Below, in pieces: positions 25,031 through 37,664 of a stretch of DNA of 64,000 nt (positions within the stretch are counted from its first letter, which is position 1; every line of letters begins with the position of its first letter). This DNA is from Lama glama. Lineage: Eukaryota. The stretch spans positions 28,150,001 through 28,214,000 of the forward strand of contig CM052817.1 of the NCBI GenBank assembly GCA_028534125.1, written 5' to 3'. The notes under the pieces were generated by a model that saw only the letters and a list, made by a program, of their open reading frames with translations, did no database searches and was not told the origin of the DNA. Both the position numbers and the translations under genes were made by a program.

Positions 25031-26524
25031 GACGAAGTGAATAATGATGGTGGAGGGAGCAATTTGGCATGTATTTGAAACCCATGCTATTCTCTCCCTC
25101 CTAGCAATGCTGAAGGGACATGTGTGGTTTTATTTATGCTCCTTGTCTATCTTATTTTGGTGGGGAGAATGTGTACAGTGATTTAGATTCAGGAAACCAC
25201 CATTATCTGAGCGCAGATCAGACCTCTGAGATCCAAGATCTTTTGTTATCTCCTGTGTCCGGGACACTCTCAGTCTCCAGGGTAATTAAAATTTAAATGG
25301 GGAATTTTCTGTGAATTGATGAATGTGCTGATGAATTTTTGAGAACAGAAATTTCTGCTCTATCTCCCTACAGTCTTCACTTTCATAGTGTGTGGTTGCT
25401 TTAGGGTCAAAGAAGGCAGCTTGAGAAGAAGCCAAGCCAAGAATGACTCCCTTAACAAGAACACTGGTAGGAGGATGGCTTCTGTGATTTGCTTTTATGC
25501 ATTGCCTTCAGAGGCTGCCAATACGCTTGCCAATTTTTCTTACGTATTATATATATCAATTATAATATATAGAGAGAGCCAAAAAGTGTAATCCTTGGCA
25601 TTTATAAAAGTCTAATCTGATTTCATTACTGAAGGCAGAAATATATGGAGAAGAAAAAAAGTGTCCCATTTCCTCCAGTATTGATAGAAAAAATGAGAGC
25701 TTAGTGCTTCATTCCAATGAGCTTGTGGCTTTCATTAATCTCACACTCCCAGCTGATGAATGAAAATTGTTTTGTCGTCCCAGGCAGGCTGCTCCTACAG
25801 AGTAATTAATCCCAGATGAAGGGCTGGAACAACCGCCAATGAAAATGCTCGTGTGTCGGCGGCTCAGCTGAGACTCACCAGCAAGGGCTTCGCTGGCAGT
25901 GACGCATGACTTTATGATTCCTCTTACTTATGTAGGGAGTGACAAATGGAGCTACTGACACTCCCTTTAATTAAGTAGTCTCTGAAACAGGTGACCAGTC
26001 AGGACGAAGGAGGTACAGAGCGCTTCTTAGATAAGAGCTTCTTAGGGTGAGTGAATTTCACTGGGAAAGAAGCTGTGCTGGGCAGAAAGCTACCTTAGTA
26101 TTTCCGGGTAGAACAGGATCAGCTGGGATTATGAAGGATAAATCATAGTCCTCTCACAGGGAAACATGATCCAAGTTAGAACATAATGATAGGAGGAAAG
26201 GAAGCCCATGAGACAGTCACCTTAATCTTTAGTTTTTCAATATGATGAGATCTAAGGCGGAATCTAACTGGTGAACAGGCGTTTTAAGATTCCAGCACAG
26301 CCAGCACTTCCTTATATCTGAGTAGACCATGGCTTGGAATCAGTTTTATATGTGTATAGTGTTTCTTAAAACTCCCCTGCTGCTTGTCACACTTGCCACA
26401 CCAGCCTCACCTTCAGGAAGGGCTAAACTTGGAATCACAGTTATGTATTTCTTGAGCAACTGTAGTTCTGACAACGCTTTATTTCTTCCCCCGGGCACTG
26501 AAATTTCCAGGAAGAGTCAAAGGC

Positions 26525-26688
26525 CTCCTTGCTTCTCAACATGTCATCTAAGAGCCAGCAGCATCAGCATCACCTGCGAGTTTGTTAGAAACAGACTTTT
26601 TGGCCCCACCCAGACCTACTGAATCAGAAATGCATTTTAACAAGATGCTCAGGTGATCCCTTTGCAAATTACAGGTTGAGAAGTACTG
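26525..26688. mobile_element. MER5A (hAT-Charlie MITE)
   Basis: ccagcagcatcagcatcacctgcgagtttgttagaaa...ccccacccagacctactgaatcagaaa...ttttaacaagat...ttgagaagtactg. Confidence 0.85.
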
Positions 26689-27018
26689 CTGGTGAGAACA
26701 AGAGACCTCGCCATTGACTTTATGGTACCCTACCTCTGCATTCCAGCTCCATTTCCTGCCTCCCACTGCTGCAGAGGCTCGGGAACAACCCCTGCCTCTG
26801 CCCCTGCAGGTGCCCATGTGCTTTGTGCTTTGCGTTGAGGGAGTGGAGGACAACCCAAAGGAAGCTGGTTCCCACCTCTGCTGCCTCCGTTGATTTTGTA
26901 CGGATTTTTGTGCTTTGACCATCTCTCTGCTGATACATAAGTTCTTTTCCAGTAGGGTCCTCAGTTAACTCACATGAATAAAGCTCTAGAAGGTGCTCCC
27001 CTTTGGTCTACATACTGA

Positions 27019-27518
27019 NNNNNNNNNNNNNNNNNNNNNNNNNNNNNNNNNNNNNNNNNNNNNNNNNNNNNNNNNNNNNNNNNNNNNNNNNNNNNNNNNN
27101 NNNNNNNNNNNNNNNNNNNNNNNNNNNNNNNNNNNNNNNNNNNNNNNNNNNNNNNNNNNNNNNNNNNNNNNNNNNNNNNNNNNNNNNNNNNNNNNNNNNN
27201 NNNNNNNNNNNNNNNNNNNNNNNNNNNNNNNNNNNNNNNNNNNNNNNNNNNNNNNNNNNNNNNNNNNNNNNNNNNNNNNNNNNNNNNNNNNNNNNNNNNN
27301 NNNNNNNNNNNNNNNNNNNNNNNNNNNNNNNNNNNNNNNNNNNNNNNNNNNNNNNNNNNNNNNNNNNNNNNNNNNNNNNNNNNNNNNNNNNNNNNNNNNN
27401 NNNNNNNNNNNNNNNNNNNNNNNNNNNNNNNNNNNNNNNNNNNNNNNNNNNNNNNNNNNNNNNNNNNNNNNNNNNNNNNNNNNNNNNNNNNNNNNNNNNN
27501 NNNNNNNNNNNNNNNNNN
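27019..27518. other. Assembly gap (exactly 500 N)
   Basis: Run of N from 27019 to 27518. Confidence 1.
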
Positions 27519-28124
27519 TGGGAGTCTGGTGTTCCTTCTGATGTTAACACGTGCTTTGTGAAAAATTATACAGTGGTCATACAAAGTGGGATAATATGGT
27601 TCTCGACTCTAAGACTTCCCAGTCTTCTATGCTAAAACATATTGTGGTTCTTCAAGAAGAGGATGCAATAGTTCATTAAGGAACTCCCATGCTACGTTTT
27701 TTTTTCACCCTGGGAGGAAAAACTTGTGATTTTATGAAATTCAATTTGGAAAATGTTCTACCAGGTATTTGCCTGATCTTCTCTGGGAGTTTGTCGTCCT
27801 GACTTATGTTAATTTGGTTGAGGGGCAGGAACAGGGTGAGGCGTATCCTTCTTTGGAGTGACTGTGCTTCTTTGTCAAATGATATAAATATTAGATTTAT
27901 ATTGGCACTTTATTTTCTAGTATCATTTCAATAAAAATTACAGTAGACCAGAATTGGCTGATATTTGAAACCACATACCAAGCTGAAAATTGGTCTTTAA
28001 TGAGGGAACAACATCCAATTCTCTAATTTTAATTAATAATTACCTGAATTACAGAAACTAGTAATATTTTCACATTAATTTGTGAGTTTTTCACTACTAG
28101 TATTAGATTTTTTTCATGTCTATC

Positions 28125-29970
28125 AGCTTTTGGGTTTTAATTTTAGAACAGTTTTTGATTTATAAAAAAAATTGTGAGGATAATACAGAGTTCCCATATA
28201 TCCCATACACAGTTTCCCCTATTATTAACATATTAAAATTAGTATGATATATTTGTCACAATTAATGAACCAATGTTGATACCTTATTATTTATTTTTTT
28301 ACTGTGGTAAAGTTGATTTACAATATTAATTTCAGATGTACAGCATAGTGATTCAGTATTTTTATAGATTTTACTTTATGAAAAGTTATTACAAGATAAT
28401 GACTACAATTCCCTCTGCTGTACAGTATATCCTTGTTGCTTATCTATTTTATACATAGTAGTTTGTATGTATCTCTTAATCTCATACCCCTAATTTGAGC
28501 CTTTCCACTTCCCTCTCTTTTTTAGTAAGCACTAGTTTGTTTTCTATATCTGTGAGTCTGTTTCTGTCTTGCATTTATATTCATTTGTATTGTTTTTTAG
28601 ATTCTGCATATAAGTGATATCATGCAATATTTGTCTTTGTCTGACATTTCGCTAAGCATAATGTTCTCTAGGCTCATTCATGTTGCTGCAGAAGGCAGGA
28701 TTTCATTATTTTTTATGGCTGAGTAATATTCCATTGCATTTGTATAACATATTTGGTATATATACACATACACACATACACAAACATATATATACCACGT
28801 CTTCTTTATCCATTTATCTCTTGATGGGCACTTGGGTTGCTTCCATATCTTAGCTATTATAAATAGTGCTACTGTGAGCATTGGGTTGTATGCATGTTTC
28901 TGAATTAGTGTTTTTGTTTTTTCTGGATCTATACCCAGGAGTGGAATTGCTGAATCATATGGTAGTTCTACTTTTGTCTTCTTGAAGAACCTCCATACTG
29001 GCCGCACCAATTTACATTCCCACTAATAGTGTACGGGGTTCCCTTTTCTCCACATCTTCTCCAACATTTGTTATTTGTAGACTTTTTGATGATTTAAATC
29101 CATTGTTTTTCAGATTTTCTCAGCGTTTACTTAATGTCCTTTTCCTGTTCTAGGAGCACATGTCAAGCTAGCACATTACACTTAGTTTCACAGATTTTCC
29201 TTGGTTTTGATGACCTTGATAGTTTTGGGGGGTATTGCTCAGGTATTTTGAAGAATATCCCTGCACTGGAATTTGTTTGGTGTTTTTCTCAGGATTAGAC
29301 TGGAGTTACGTGTTTTGGGGAGGAAGATCACAGAGGTAAAATTCATTTTCAGCACGTCATGTTCAGGGTACATGCTATCAACCTGACTTATCACAGGTGA
29401 AACTAAACTTGATCGCCTGGCTGAGGTTGTGCTCGTCAGGTTTCCCCACTGAATGGTAACTCCCCCCACCAGCTTTCCATCCTGTACTCTGGGAGGAGGT
29501 CACTATGCACAATCTACACTCAAGGACTGAGGAATTAGCTTTGAGTGCATTTCACAGGGGTTACTCTTCCCTTCCTCCTGCCAGAGACTGGGGCATATTC
29601 TTGGTTCTTCACTGTGAGAATCTGTTGGAGTTTCTGCAAATAAAACTCATGAAAGTTGAGGTGGGGGGTAATGCTAAAAAAACAGCAGCTCCTTGGACCT
29701 TCACACTGCTAAGCTAGTCTACACACCATCTCCAGCAGATTATCAAAATGACTATTTTGGTGTCCCAGGACTTTGGCTCCAGGTAAGCTGAGCTCAACTA
29801 TGTCTCTCTGAATGCATCTGTTTCTCCAGATTTTAGGCAACCTTCATTCTGTTTTGGACCCAAGAAAAGTCATTTAGTTTGATTTTAGTTTTGTTCAACT
29901 TTTTCTTGTTATAAGTAGCAACTTCCAAACTTCTTTATATGCTGGAGCTGAAACCAGAAGTCCAAACTAT
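28125..29970 (-). mobile_element. L1MC1-like element (3' UTR plus 5'-end piece), interrupted by a younger L1
   Basis: acagagttcccatata...aattaatgaaccaatgttgatac at 28185-28285, resuming near 29095 with ...ggattagactggagttacgtgttttggggaggaagatcacagaggtaaa...; 5'-end-like ggagctgaaaccagaagtcc near 29960. Confidence 0.7.
28291..29093 (-). mobile_element. LINE-1 ORF2 C-terminus plus 3' UTR (truncated)
   Basis: ORF 28678-29010: VWRFFKKTKVELPYDSAIPLLGI...ALFIIAKIWKQPKCPS.DKWIKK.WYIY...MEYYSAIK, the L1 ORF2p C-terminus. Confidence 0.92.
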
Positions 29971-30147
29971 TAAATTTTCAGGCTTATTATCAATGTCATT
30001 TGGTATTTTGGATTAAATAAGTTGTTAATTTCTATGACCATATTGCAACTGTAACAGTCTAATAATTAGGTCAAGGTAGAGTACTCGTTGACTTCTAGAA
30101 ACCTTTTCTAATTTTATTATTCTGATTTTATGGCTATATTAACTTTC

Positions 30148-30304
30148 TCTTTTTTAAGAAATTGCTTCTATTTTATTTTATTTGGGGGGGGGCTGGTAAT
30201 TAGGTTTATTTACTTAATTGTTCTTGGAGGAGGTACTGGAGATTGAACCTAGGACCTTGTGCATGCTAAGCATGCAATCTACCACTTGAGCTATACCCTC
30301 CCCC
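30148..30304 (-). mobile_element. Camelid tRNA(Ala)-derived SINE (vic-1 type)
   Basis: Minus strand GGGGGAGGGTATAGCTCAAGTGGTAGATTGCATGCTTAGCATGCACAAGGTCCTAGGTTCAATCTCCAGTACCTCC with A and B boxes and an A-rich tail; TSD tatattaactttc (30135) / tatataaactttc (30305). Confidence 0.9.
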
Positions 30305-30659
30305 TATATAAACTTTCAAATGACATTGATAAAACAGTTTTTAATTTTAAAAATTACCAACATTTTAGAGAATTGAGTTTTTATTAAAAATTTTACTTTT
30401 CTTACTCTGTAGCTTTTAATAACAATTAGTCCTCTAAACATGCAATGCTATTTCAGCAATATAGAGACATTAAAAATAGCTTTTATTATCTGTTACTTTT
30501 AATGGAGTAGAACATTAAATAATGTTGCATATAAAGTATTTCCTAACTTTCAAATATTTTTATCCTTCACTGAGTCTCTTGATTAAGGCTTATCACTAAA
30601 GTATTTATTGTGAAATTGATTGAGCTTGGTTTGCTCTACTGTTTGGTGCGATTATATTT

Positions 30660-30885
30660 CTTATACATACAGAAATTTCAGTGGATTAGCTTGGACAAGT
30701 TATTTAAATTCCATATATCTCAATTTTCCTCTCTGGAAAAGAGATCCCTCTTTTAGGTGTAATAGATATAATAGTATACCTACCTCATTAAAGAGTTATG
30801 AGGATTAAATAAGTTACCATAACTAAAGTCTTTAGCTAAGAGACTGGCATATAGTAGGCACCAGATACATGTTAACAATTATTAT
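30660..30885 (+). mobile_element. MIR SINE
   Basis: cttggacaagttatttaa...ctcaattttcctctctggaaaa...acctacctcattaaagagttatgaggattaaataag...ctggcatatagtaggcac. Confidence 0.75.
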
Positions 30886-31480
30886 TACCTTGGTTATGAG
30901 GTGCTTTCAATTACCCTTACTTGCTGTTTTAGAATCACATATGGTTAAAGCTGGAAGGTACCTGAAAAACTATCTAGTTCAGGGATCATAGGTAGTCTGT
31001 GGGCTGGATTTGGCTTTCAGAGGTTTAGTTAACATAGTCTTTTAAAATTCTTTCTAATGTAAGTACTTTTTGAGATAGCACAAGGGTCCAGTTTTTCATA
31101 GTCCCTTTTTTCCCTGTTGTCTTAACATTGTCTCTTTGCTTCCCACATTTGCTTTACCCACGTAGCTTTTGAAAAACTTTCAAAAGCATGACCCTTGATC
31201 AAGTCCATTCATCTCATTTAATAGGGAAGCAAGGGGATTCCAGAGGGATATACAAAGTCTCCCAAATTGTGACCAAACCGGAAATAAGATCCAGGACTTG
31301 TGATTCCTACGCCAGTGTCGTGCCCGTTGCGCCATGCTATGTGCTGTAGTTTGAATTGCTTAGATCACGTCTCTCTTTAATGACAGTAGACTCAAGGGTG
31401 TGAGTTTCACCTATCATTTCATAATACATGTTCATGGGGAGAACATATAAATTCTTGAGGACACAGTTATCCTTACAATT

Positions 31481-31515
31481 AAAAAACAAAACAAAAAACA
31501 AAACAAAACAAAACA
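31481..31515. repeat. (AAAAC)n microsatellite
   Basis: aaaaaacaaaacaaaaaacaaaacaaaacaaaaca. Confidence 0.9.
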
Positions 31516-32244
31516 GACTTCAGGCCTGTGGCAATGTCCCTCTCCCCTTTCTAAAACGATACAAATGGGTCACGTTAGGAAGCCATCAGGAGTCTCCTTT
31601 CCTTGGTAACTTGGCAGAGCTCCTGAACTAAAACAGGAGGTTGAGCACATCATTTCAAAATCTGCTCACGAGGTTTTCAGTTCACAGCCTGTTCTTGTGC
31701 TGGCTTTCAAAGATGGAGTAGAGCTGAAATTGCTTGTGTGGGATTACAGCATTATAATAGGAAACTCTTCTGGCTGTGGGCATGGTAACAACAATGAAAT
31801 CATTTCTACAGAATAGAAGGGGAAGAAAAATGGATTAATTCTGAACACTCTAAACCTGGTAAACTGAAGGCGAATTGAAGCATATACAAATAGAAAAGTT
31901 GGGGAGGCTGAGGTTTATTTAAAATTAGATGAGTGCTTTGACAATGAATTGGGTTTTTGTATAAGATTTCACTTTGTCTCCTGTCACATTTCCTTCACAA
32001 AATCAAGAAAGGAAATAAGACAGTCTAGGTACCTGAACCTGGCTCACTGTCAGCTCAGTGGGAGGTTTTAATTAAGAACCCTTCTTTCTATAAGAATGAG
32101 GAAATGAGAATAAGGTGACAAGTCTTACCAGTTGACAGTCGTAAGAATTGGGCAAATTTCCTATAGAATGTTTGTTTACTCCTGGTGGGGGCAAACAGAT
32201 TATGCTGTTTAAAAATCCTATCTGATGGCAAGAGCACTGAGGGA

Positions 32245-32410
32245 CTTCAGGTTTCAGTGATTTGCAGTCTGTAGTCTGCATTAAACGTTGTCTGGGGTCC
32301 TTAATGAAGTGGCAGGGCTCCTGCACTAGAATCTGGGGGTGGAGGGGCTGGGACCGCATCTCAGGAGATTTGATGCAGACGATCTATGGACCACACTTTG
32401 AGAAATGATG
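32245..32410. mobile_element. MER5-family MITE (degenerate)
   Basis: agaatctgggggtggaggggctgg...atggaccacactttgagaaa. Confidence 0.55.
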
Positions 32411-32452
32411 GTAATTCATCTTGTCTCCTATAAGTTTTTTGAAGTATTTCAT

Positions 32453-32510
32453 CTTCCTCCTGCCTTCCTTTCCTCCCTCCCTTCTGTTCTCCCTTTTCCC
32501 CTCCTTCCCT

Positions 32511-32553
<43 letters not shown>
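32453..32553. repeat. Polypyrimidine tract ending in (TC)20
   Basis: CT-rich low-complexity sequence with perfect (TC)n at 32514-32553. Confidence 0.95.
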
Positions 32554-32556
<3 letters not shown>

Positions 32557-35179
32557 CTTACTCCTTCCCTATGCTCAGTTCTATTTTAGTAGCAGACAGT
32601 AGTGGAAGACTTAAAGATCTAAGCCTTGCCTTCAAGGTACTCACGATCTACATGGTAGATAAGATGCCACTAATAAATTGACACAAGAAAGCATAGACTG
32701 AAGGGTAAGGGGAGAATAGGAAGATTCTTGAGAGCAAGAGGAAGCCACACAGCCTCCTGTGGAAGGACTGACATGTGATCAATTAGTGGAAAGCATTGCA
32801 TTATTGTTTTGGGAGGTAGAGATACTGGGGTTCAATTCTGTTTTTGCACATCATAACTGTCATCTAGGGCAAATAGTTTTATAGCTCTGAGTCTCAGCTT
32901 CCACATCTTTCTAAAATGTAAGAATATTTGTATTGCTGAGTTGCAATGTGTGTGTGAATATATACATATATTTATATTATACAGTATAATGTATAACTAT
33001 ATACTAAATATATATACATTTAGTCAGTAAGTTACTAGGAGAGGGGGTGTTTTGAAGAATATTATTCTGACATTGGTTGAGAGGAGATGTTGTGTGGGGA
33101 GAAAATAGAATTAGGTCATTTAGGCAAAAGGTGAGAAGAGTTCAGTGCTGCACAGGGGCAGTAAGAAGAGAGCAGTATGGATGTGAGAGAAAATGTATGA
33201 AGATACTACCCCCATGGGAACTGGTTTACATTTGGGTCTGACCAACAGAGAGGAATGGATGGAGACTCCAGGGCCCAGTAGAAGATGAACAGACAAAAGC
33301 CAGGGAGGGAAGATCAGAGAGAACACAGATTTGGGGAAAAGTCTGATTTTAGACTTGGCAAGTTTCAGGTTACATCAGGATTTAAGAAAGGAAATGTTCA
33401 TTAGTCTAGCTCAGATGAGAAGGAAGGGGGAAAAAAAGTATTGATGTGGGAGCCAGGAGCAGGAAGGTTGTAGTGAAGGCAATCAAATAGGATAGTCCTT
33501 CAAGGAAAGGAATTTATAGAAAAGTATCAAAAGTTCAAAGACTTAGCCTTGGGAAACACCAGTAATTAATAACAGTTACTCGTGCAGAGTCATACAAAGT
33601 ATAGCAATGCCAGCTACTTAATTTGATTCTTATAAGAGCCAACTGCCATGGAGGTAGGAGGGTTTTACCTATTTTATGAATGTGGGACTCTATTTGGTAT
33701 ATTATAAGTCATTTTACTGCAGACTAGTAGCGATGGGATTCACAACATGGGTTCCACACCTCCAAATTCAGAATTCTTGAGGCCATGAAGTCAGGCGGAG
33801 GAGACCAGCCAGACATTCCTGAGGTCTTCTGTCACTCATTCTGTTCAAGAGCAGGTGATATGAGAGTGGAGAAATGGGCAGTGTCCCAAGCATGTGGAAA
33901 CTGCTAAAAAGGCTGATTTCCTCTAAAAATGGATTGTTCCTGGAAAAGTTTTTAGTTTTGGAGAGCAAGGATGTAATCACTAAAGTTTATGGAATCTGCT
34001 GAAATCCTAGTTGTAACAGTGTCTTTGATCATGATAGAAACATGACCAACACAAACAAACAAACAAAATGCAGAAAGAGGAACTTACTGGTTAACTGATG
34101 TAATAAACCATGGCCATATCAGGGATGGAGATAGAAAGAGACGTAGAAATACTGCCAAGAACCTTTCTCTCATTTCTGCTTCTTTCCTCCTTTCTTTCTT
34201 CTTCATGTTGGGGGATGGTGGGAACCACGTCTGGCATCTTCAATACTTAGATTCTCGTAGCTTGTGAACCAGAGAGAAAGGTGCTTTCTCTCTCCCAGGG
34301 CTGGCTGACGATGTGACTGTGGTATGCAGGTTTGGGATTGTAAATCCTCTTCTTCAGAGAGAGGTTGTGTAATTAGAGTAACATTTCAGTAGGTGCTACC
34401 AGGGAGACGGTGGATGATCACGAATACCAACAGGCTGGGCTTTCCTCGGACACAGCTAACATCCGCACAGGCTTTTAAACCCATCTTACTGGAGAATGAT
34501 GAGAATAATGATGCTCTCCATTCCACTTTAAAGATGGTTAGCCAGTTTTTAATCCTACCTCCTGCTTCACATATATACATTTTTGAGTACCACTTCTCAG
34601 AATCATTAACTTGAATGAAACTATGTTATTTCATTTTAATTGTAAACGCCAATCTTTTTGACTTTTTCTTCTCCGTATGTTATTAAAAACAATAAAATGA
34701 GGACAAGTGAAAGAGTCCTTTGGTGATTTGTTTGAGTGCATCCTGTTGGCTGCTGTGAAATTCTCAGCTTGCAGCTTTTGGCCTGGCAAGCTCGTTTCAG
34801 CTTAATCAGAGACAACCATGATTAAATCGTTCTATCCAGACTTAAATACATCTACTGAATGGCTAAGCAACAGCAACAACCTGCATTTTTGCCTTGGGAA
34901 TTTTGCTAAGAGAAAATAAGTCATTGTGATTATGTTAAAAATTTGTTAATGAGATAGAAAAGATATATACTGTAAATGTTTCCTTAGGGTACAATCAGTT
35001 TGATGACATCCTAGTGAGGTTTGGTTGGTTTGCTTATTTTAGATGAAAAACATCACTTTGATGATTTTTATTTTTCCTTGATCTTCCCCTGTATTATGGT
35101 CTATTGTGTTATTATATTGTAGTGGGAAGTGCATAAATTTTAGGATTTGACAGCTTTAGGTTCAAATTTCTGTTTGTTC

Positions 35180-36320
35180 TTCATTCAGCAAACATGCGCT
35201 TAATGCCTCTGATCACACTCCAGACCTTATATTAAGTGTAAAGCATGCAAAAGTAAATAACAAAAATACTTTGATCTCAGCAGGTTCATAGACTCAGGGT
35301 GAAGCAGGAGGGGGTGGTGCAGAGCATGTGCAGGGGATGCAGAAGATGGGCAGCACCCATCCCATTGGAGGGAGGCATGGCAGAGGCTCCCTAGGGAGGT
35401 GCTGCTTGACCTGACTTGTGTCAGTTGAAAAGGAAGAGGGAACAATGGAAGAAAGTGTGTTCTGGGCACAAAGACTACATAAGAGAATGCCGGAGATACT
35501 GCTAAAAGGACAGAGCGTGTTTTGGTGTCTTGGAGAATTTGGCATATATCTGGACTTACAAATATTTGTCAAATCATCAGTCCATGGCAAGGTGTGCAAT
35601 GGGAGAGAAGGCTGGGGGAAGGCAAGAGCCATATCACACAGGGCTTTATAAGTAAGTATGTTCACCTTCATCCTGAAAGCTGAAAGGGAAGCAATTGTTT
35701 ATTTTATGCCAAGAAATGACATGATCAGCTTCTTACATGCACGCTGGAGAATGCATAGAAAGGACCTACTTTGGAGGCATGGAGACCAATTAAGAGGCTG
35801 CTGTAATCCGGGTGCGAAATAGTGTCGACCTAAGTTAAAACTGTAGTAAAGGGGCCAGAGAGAAGGAGACAGGCTTGAAACATATAAAGGAAGGATTGAT
35901 ACTTGATTTATAGAACATGATGGTGGTGAAGGAAAGCTCTGGAAGATTCAGGACCATTCCCAGATTTCAAGTAACTGGCTGAATAGGTTTAGTGGCAATG
36001 ATGAGGTTAGCTTCTGGCATCCTGAAAGCAAGGTATAGAGGGTATGTCCCTCTGTGGGTAGAGATGTTACATAGATAGCTGGACATCCAACCTGGAATGC
36101 TGGAGTGCAGTCTGAGATGAGGATATACCCTTGGGAGTTCATTAGCCTTCAGTTAGCTGTTGAAAGTTTGGATGAGGTCATCCAGAGAGAAGGACACGGA
36201 CCAAGCTGAGCATCCCTAGGAACCAGAATTTTCAGGGGAAGAGAGACTGAAGATGAACACGGGGAAGGACTAGCCAAATATTTAAGAGAAAATCTAGGAA
36301 ACGAGGATGTTATATATGCC
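35180..36320 (-). mobile_element. LINE-2 remnant (~1.1 kb)
   Basis: ttcattcagcaaacat...gaaatgacatgatcagctt...ggagaccaattaagaggctgctgtaatccggg...ggatgaggtcatccagagaga, characteristic of antisense L2. Confidence 0.75.
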
Positions 36321-37630
36321 AATGGGAAAATATTTTTATGATTTGGTGCTTGGAGTAAGTTTGCAATCTCCCTGTGACTCATTTGCCCTGTCAGTGAAAA
36401 TGGAATAATAATATCTATAGCATTGTATGTTGTGAGGATTATAGTGACAATAAATCCATTCATCTGATACAATGCCTGTAGCATAAAAATCATCAATGAG
36501 TATTTTTTCTACTTCCAGTGTTGAGGGGGCTATGAATAAAATTGTCAATATTAAAATCTTCCACCTAATTAGACTTGCTATTTCCTTCAAGAATTTATCC
36601 AGATCTCTTTCCTAATGGCTGAATCTCCAAAATCCAATAATCAGCTCCAATAAAGAGTGCTGGTATCAAAGCAAGCAGTGTCTGATGAAGAACATTTCCG
36701 GAAATATTTTTATTTTTTTCCTTCTGCTCACACTGTGATCAATCTTGTTTGAAAACACCTGTGTTTATTTCTTATTTGAATATGTAATCAATATCAAGTC
36801 TTAAACTTCCTTTACAAAATTACATGGGTCATCCCAAACAGTATAGGACATACTTGAAAAAAGATGACTATTAAGGTCTTGAGCACTATTCTTCACATCT
36901 GCTTCTGCAGGCTTCATGTGCCGTACAATTTAGTTCCTTTTATTAAAGCAACCTAATTTGGGGAAATTTGAGAAGAGGTGGGAAGGCCACATTTTCTTGC
37001 TTTTGAAATCTTATGGTTATTTGTTTGTTGGCTTTGAAGTTGAGCTGAAAAGCTAGCCAGATTCCTTTGTGGAGCACACAGACAATTCAACCTCTGGCTT
37101 TCTGTAGACGTTTCAAACATTTTCATTTGTGTTTTTCTTTTCTTATAACACAAAGCACCTCCCTCATTCGGCCATGCTTAATATCTGGTATTCAGGGCAA
37201 TTTCTAAGCTTGTTTGACAATGAGAGACAAAGCAAATTGCAAGGTAAGAGGTAGGAAACAGTGGGAAAGGGAGATGAGGCACTAGGTTGGTAAAGATCAG
37301 GCAAATCACTCTTTAGGGCACTTGCTTCTTTCTATACTCTTTCCATTTCTTCATTAGCAACTTGGGGGAGAGTCTTTCTCACAAGTAATTGTATCAAGGT
37401 CTTGAAAGAAGAATATGTTTCATGCCAGCCTTACTAGAATTATACTCATTTTGTGTTTATAAAGGAAGCCAATAAGCACAATGAGGGAGATTTTGTTCAA
37501 TTACCAGAGGTCTTGACAGTGGCATACATTTGTTCAGGTTGAGCTGGGTGATCCCCAAGTTTCCTGTCTGTTTGAAGATTGTGTAACTTGAAGTCCTTTT
37601 ACTCTTATACCTATGACCCATGACCTTAAA

Positions 37631-37664
37631 ATCTATCTATCTATCCATCTATCTATCTATCTAT
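37631..37664. repeat. (ATCT)n tetranucleotide microsatellite
   Basis: atctatctatctatccatctatctatctatctat. Confidence 0.95.

Noticed and set aside
26970..27635. Four long ORFs (180-210 aa)
   Set aside because: Artefacts of translating through the 500-N gap.
30225..30304. tRNA-Ala gene
   Set aside because: The tRNA-like head is followed by a SINE body, A-rich tail and TSD; it is a SINE, not a tRNA locus.
32361..32681. ORFs with RE/SL repeats
   Set aside because: Translations of the (TC)n microsatellite.
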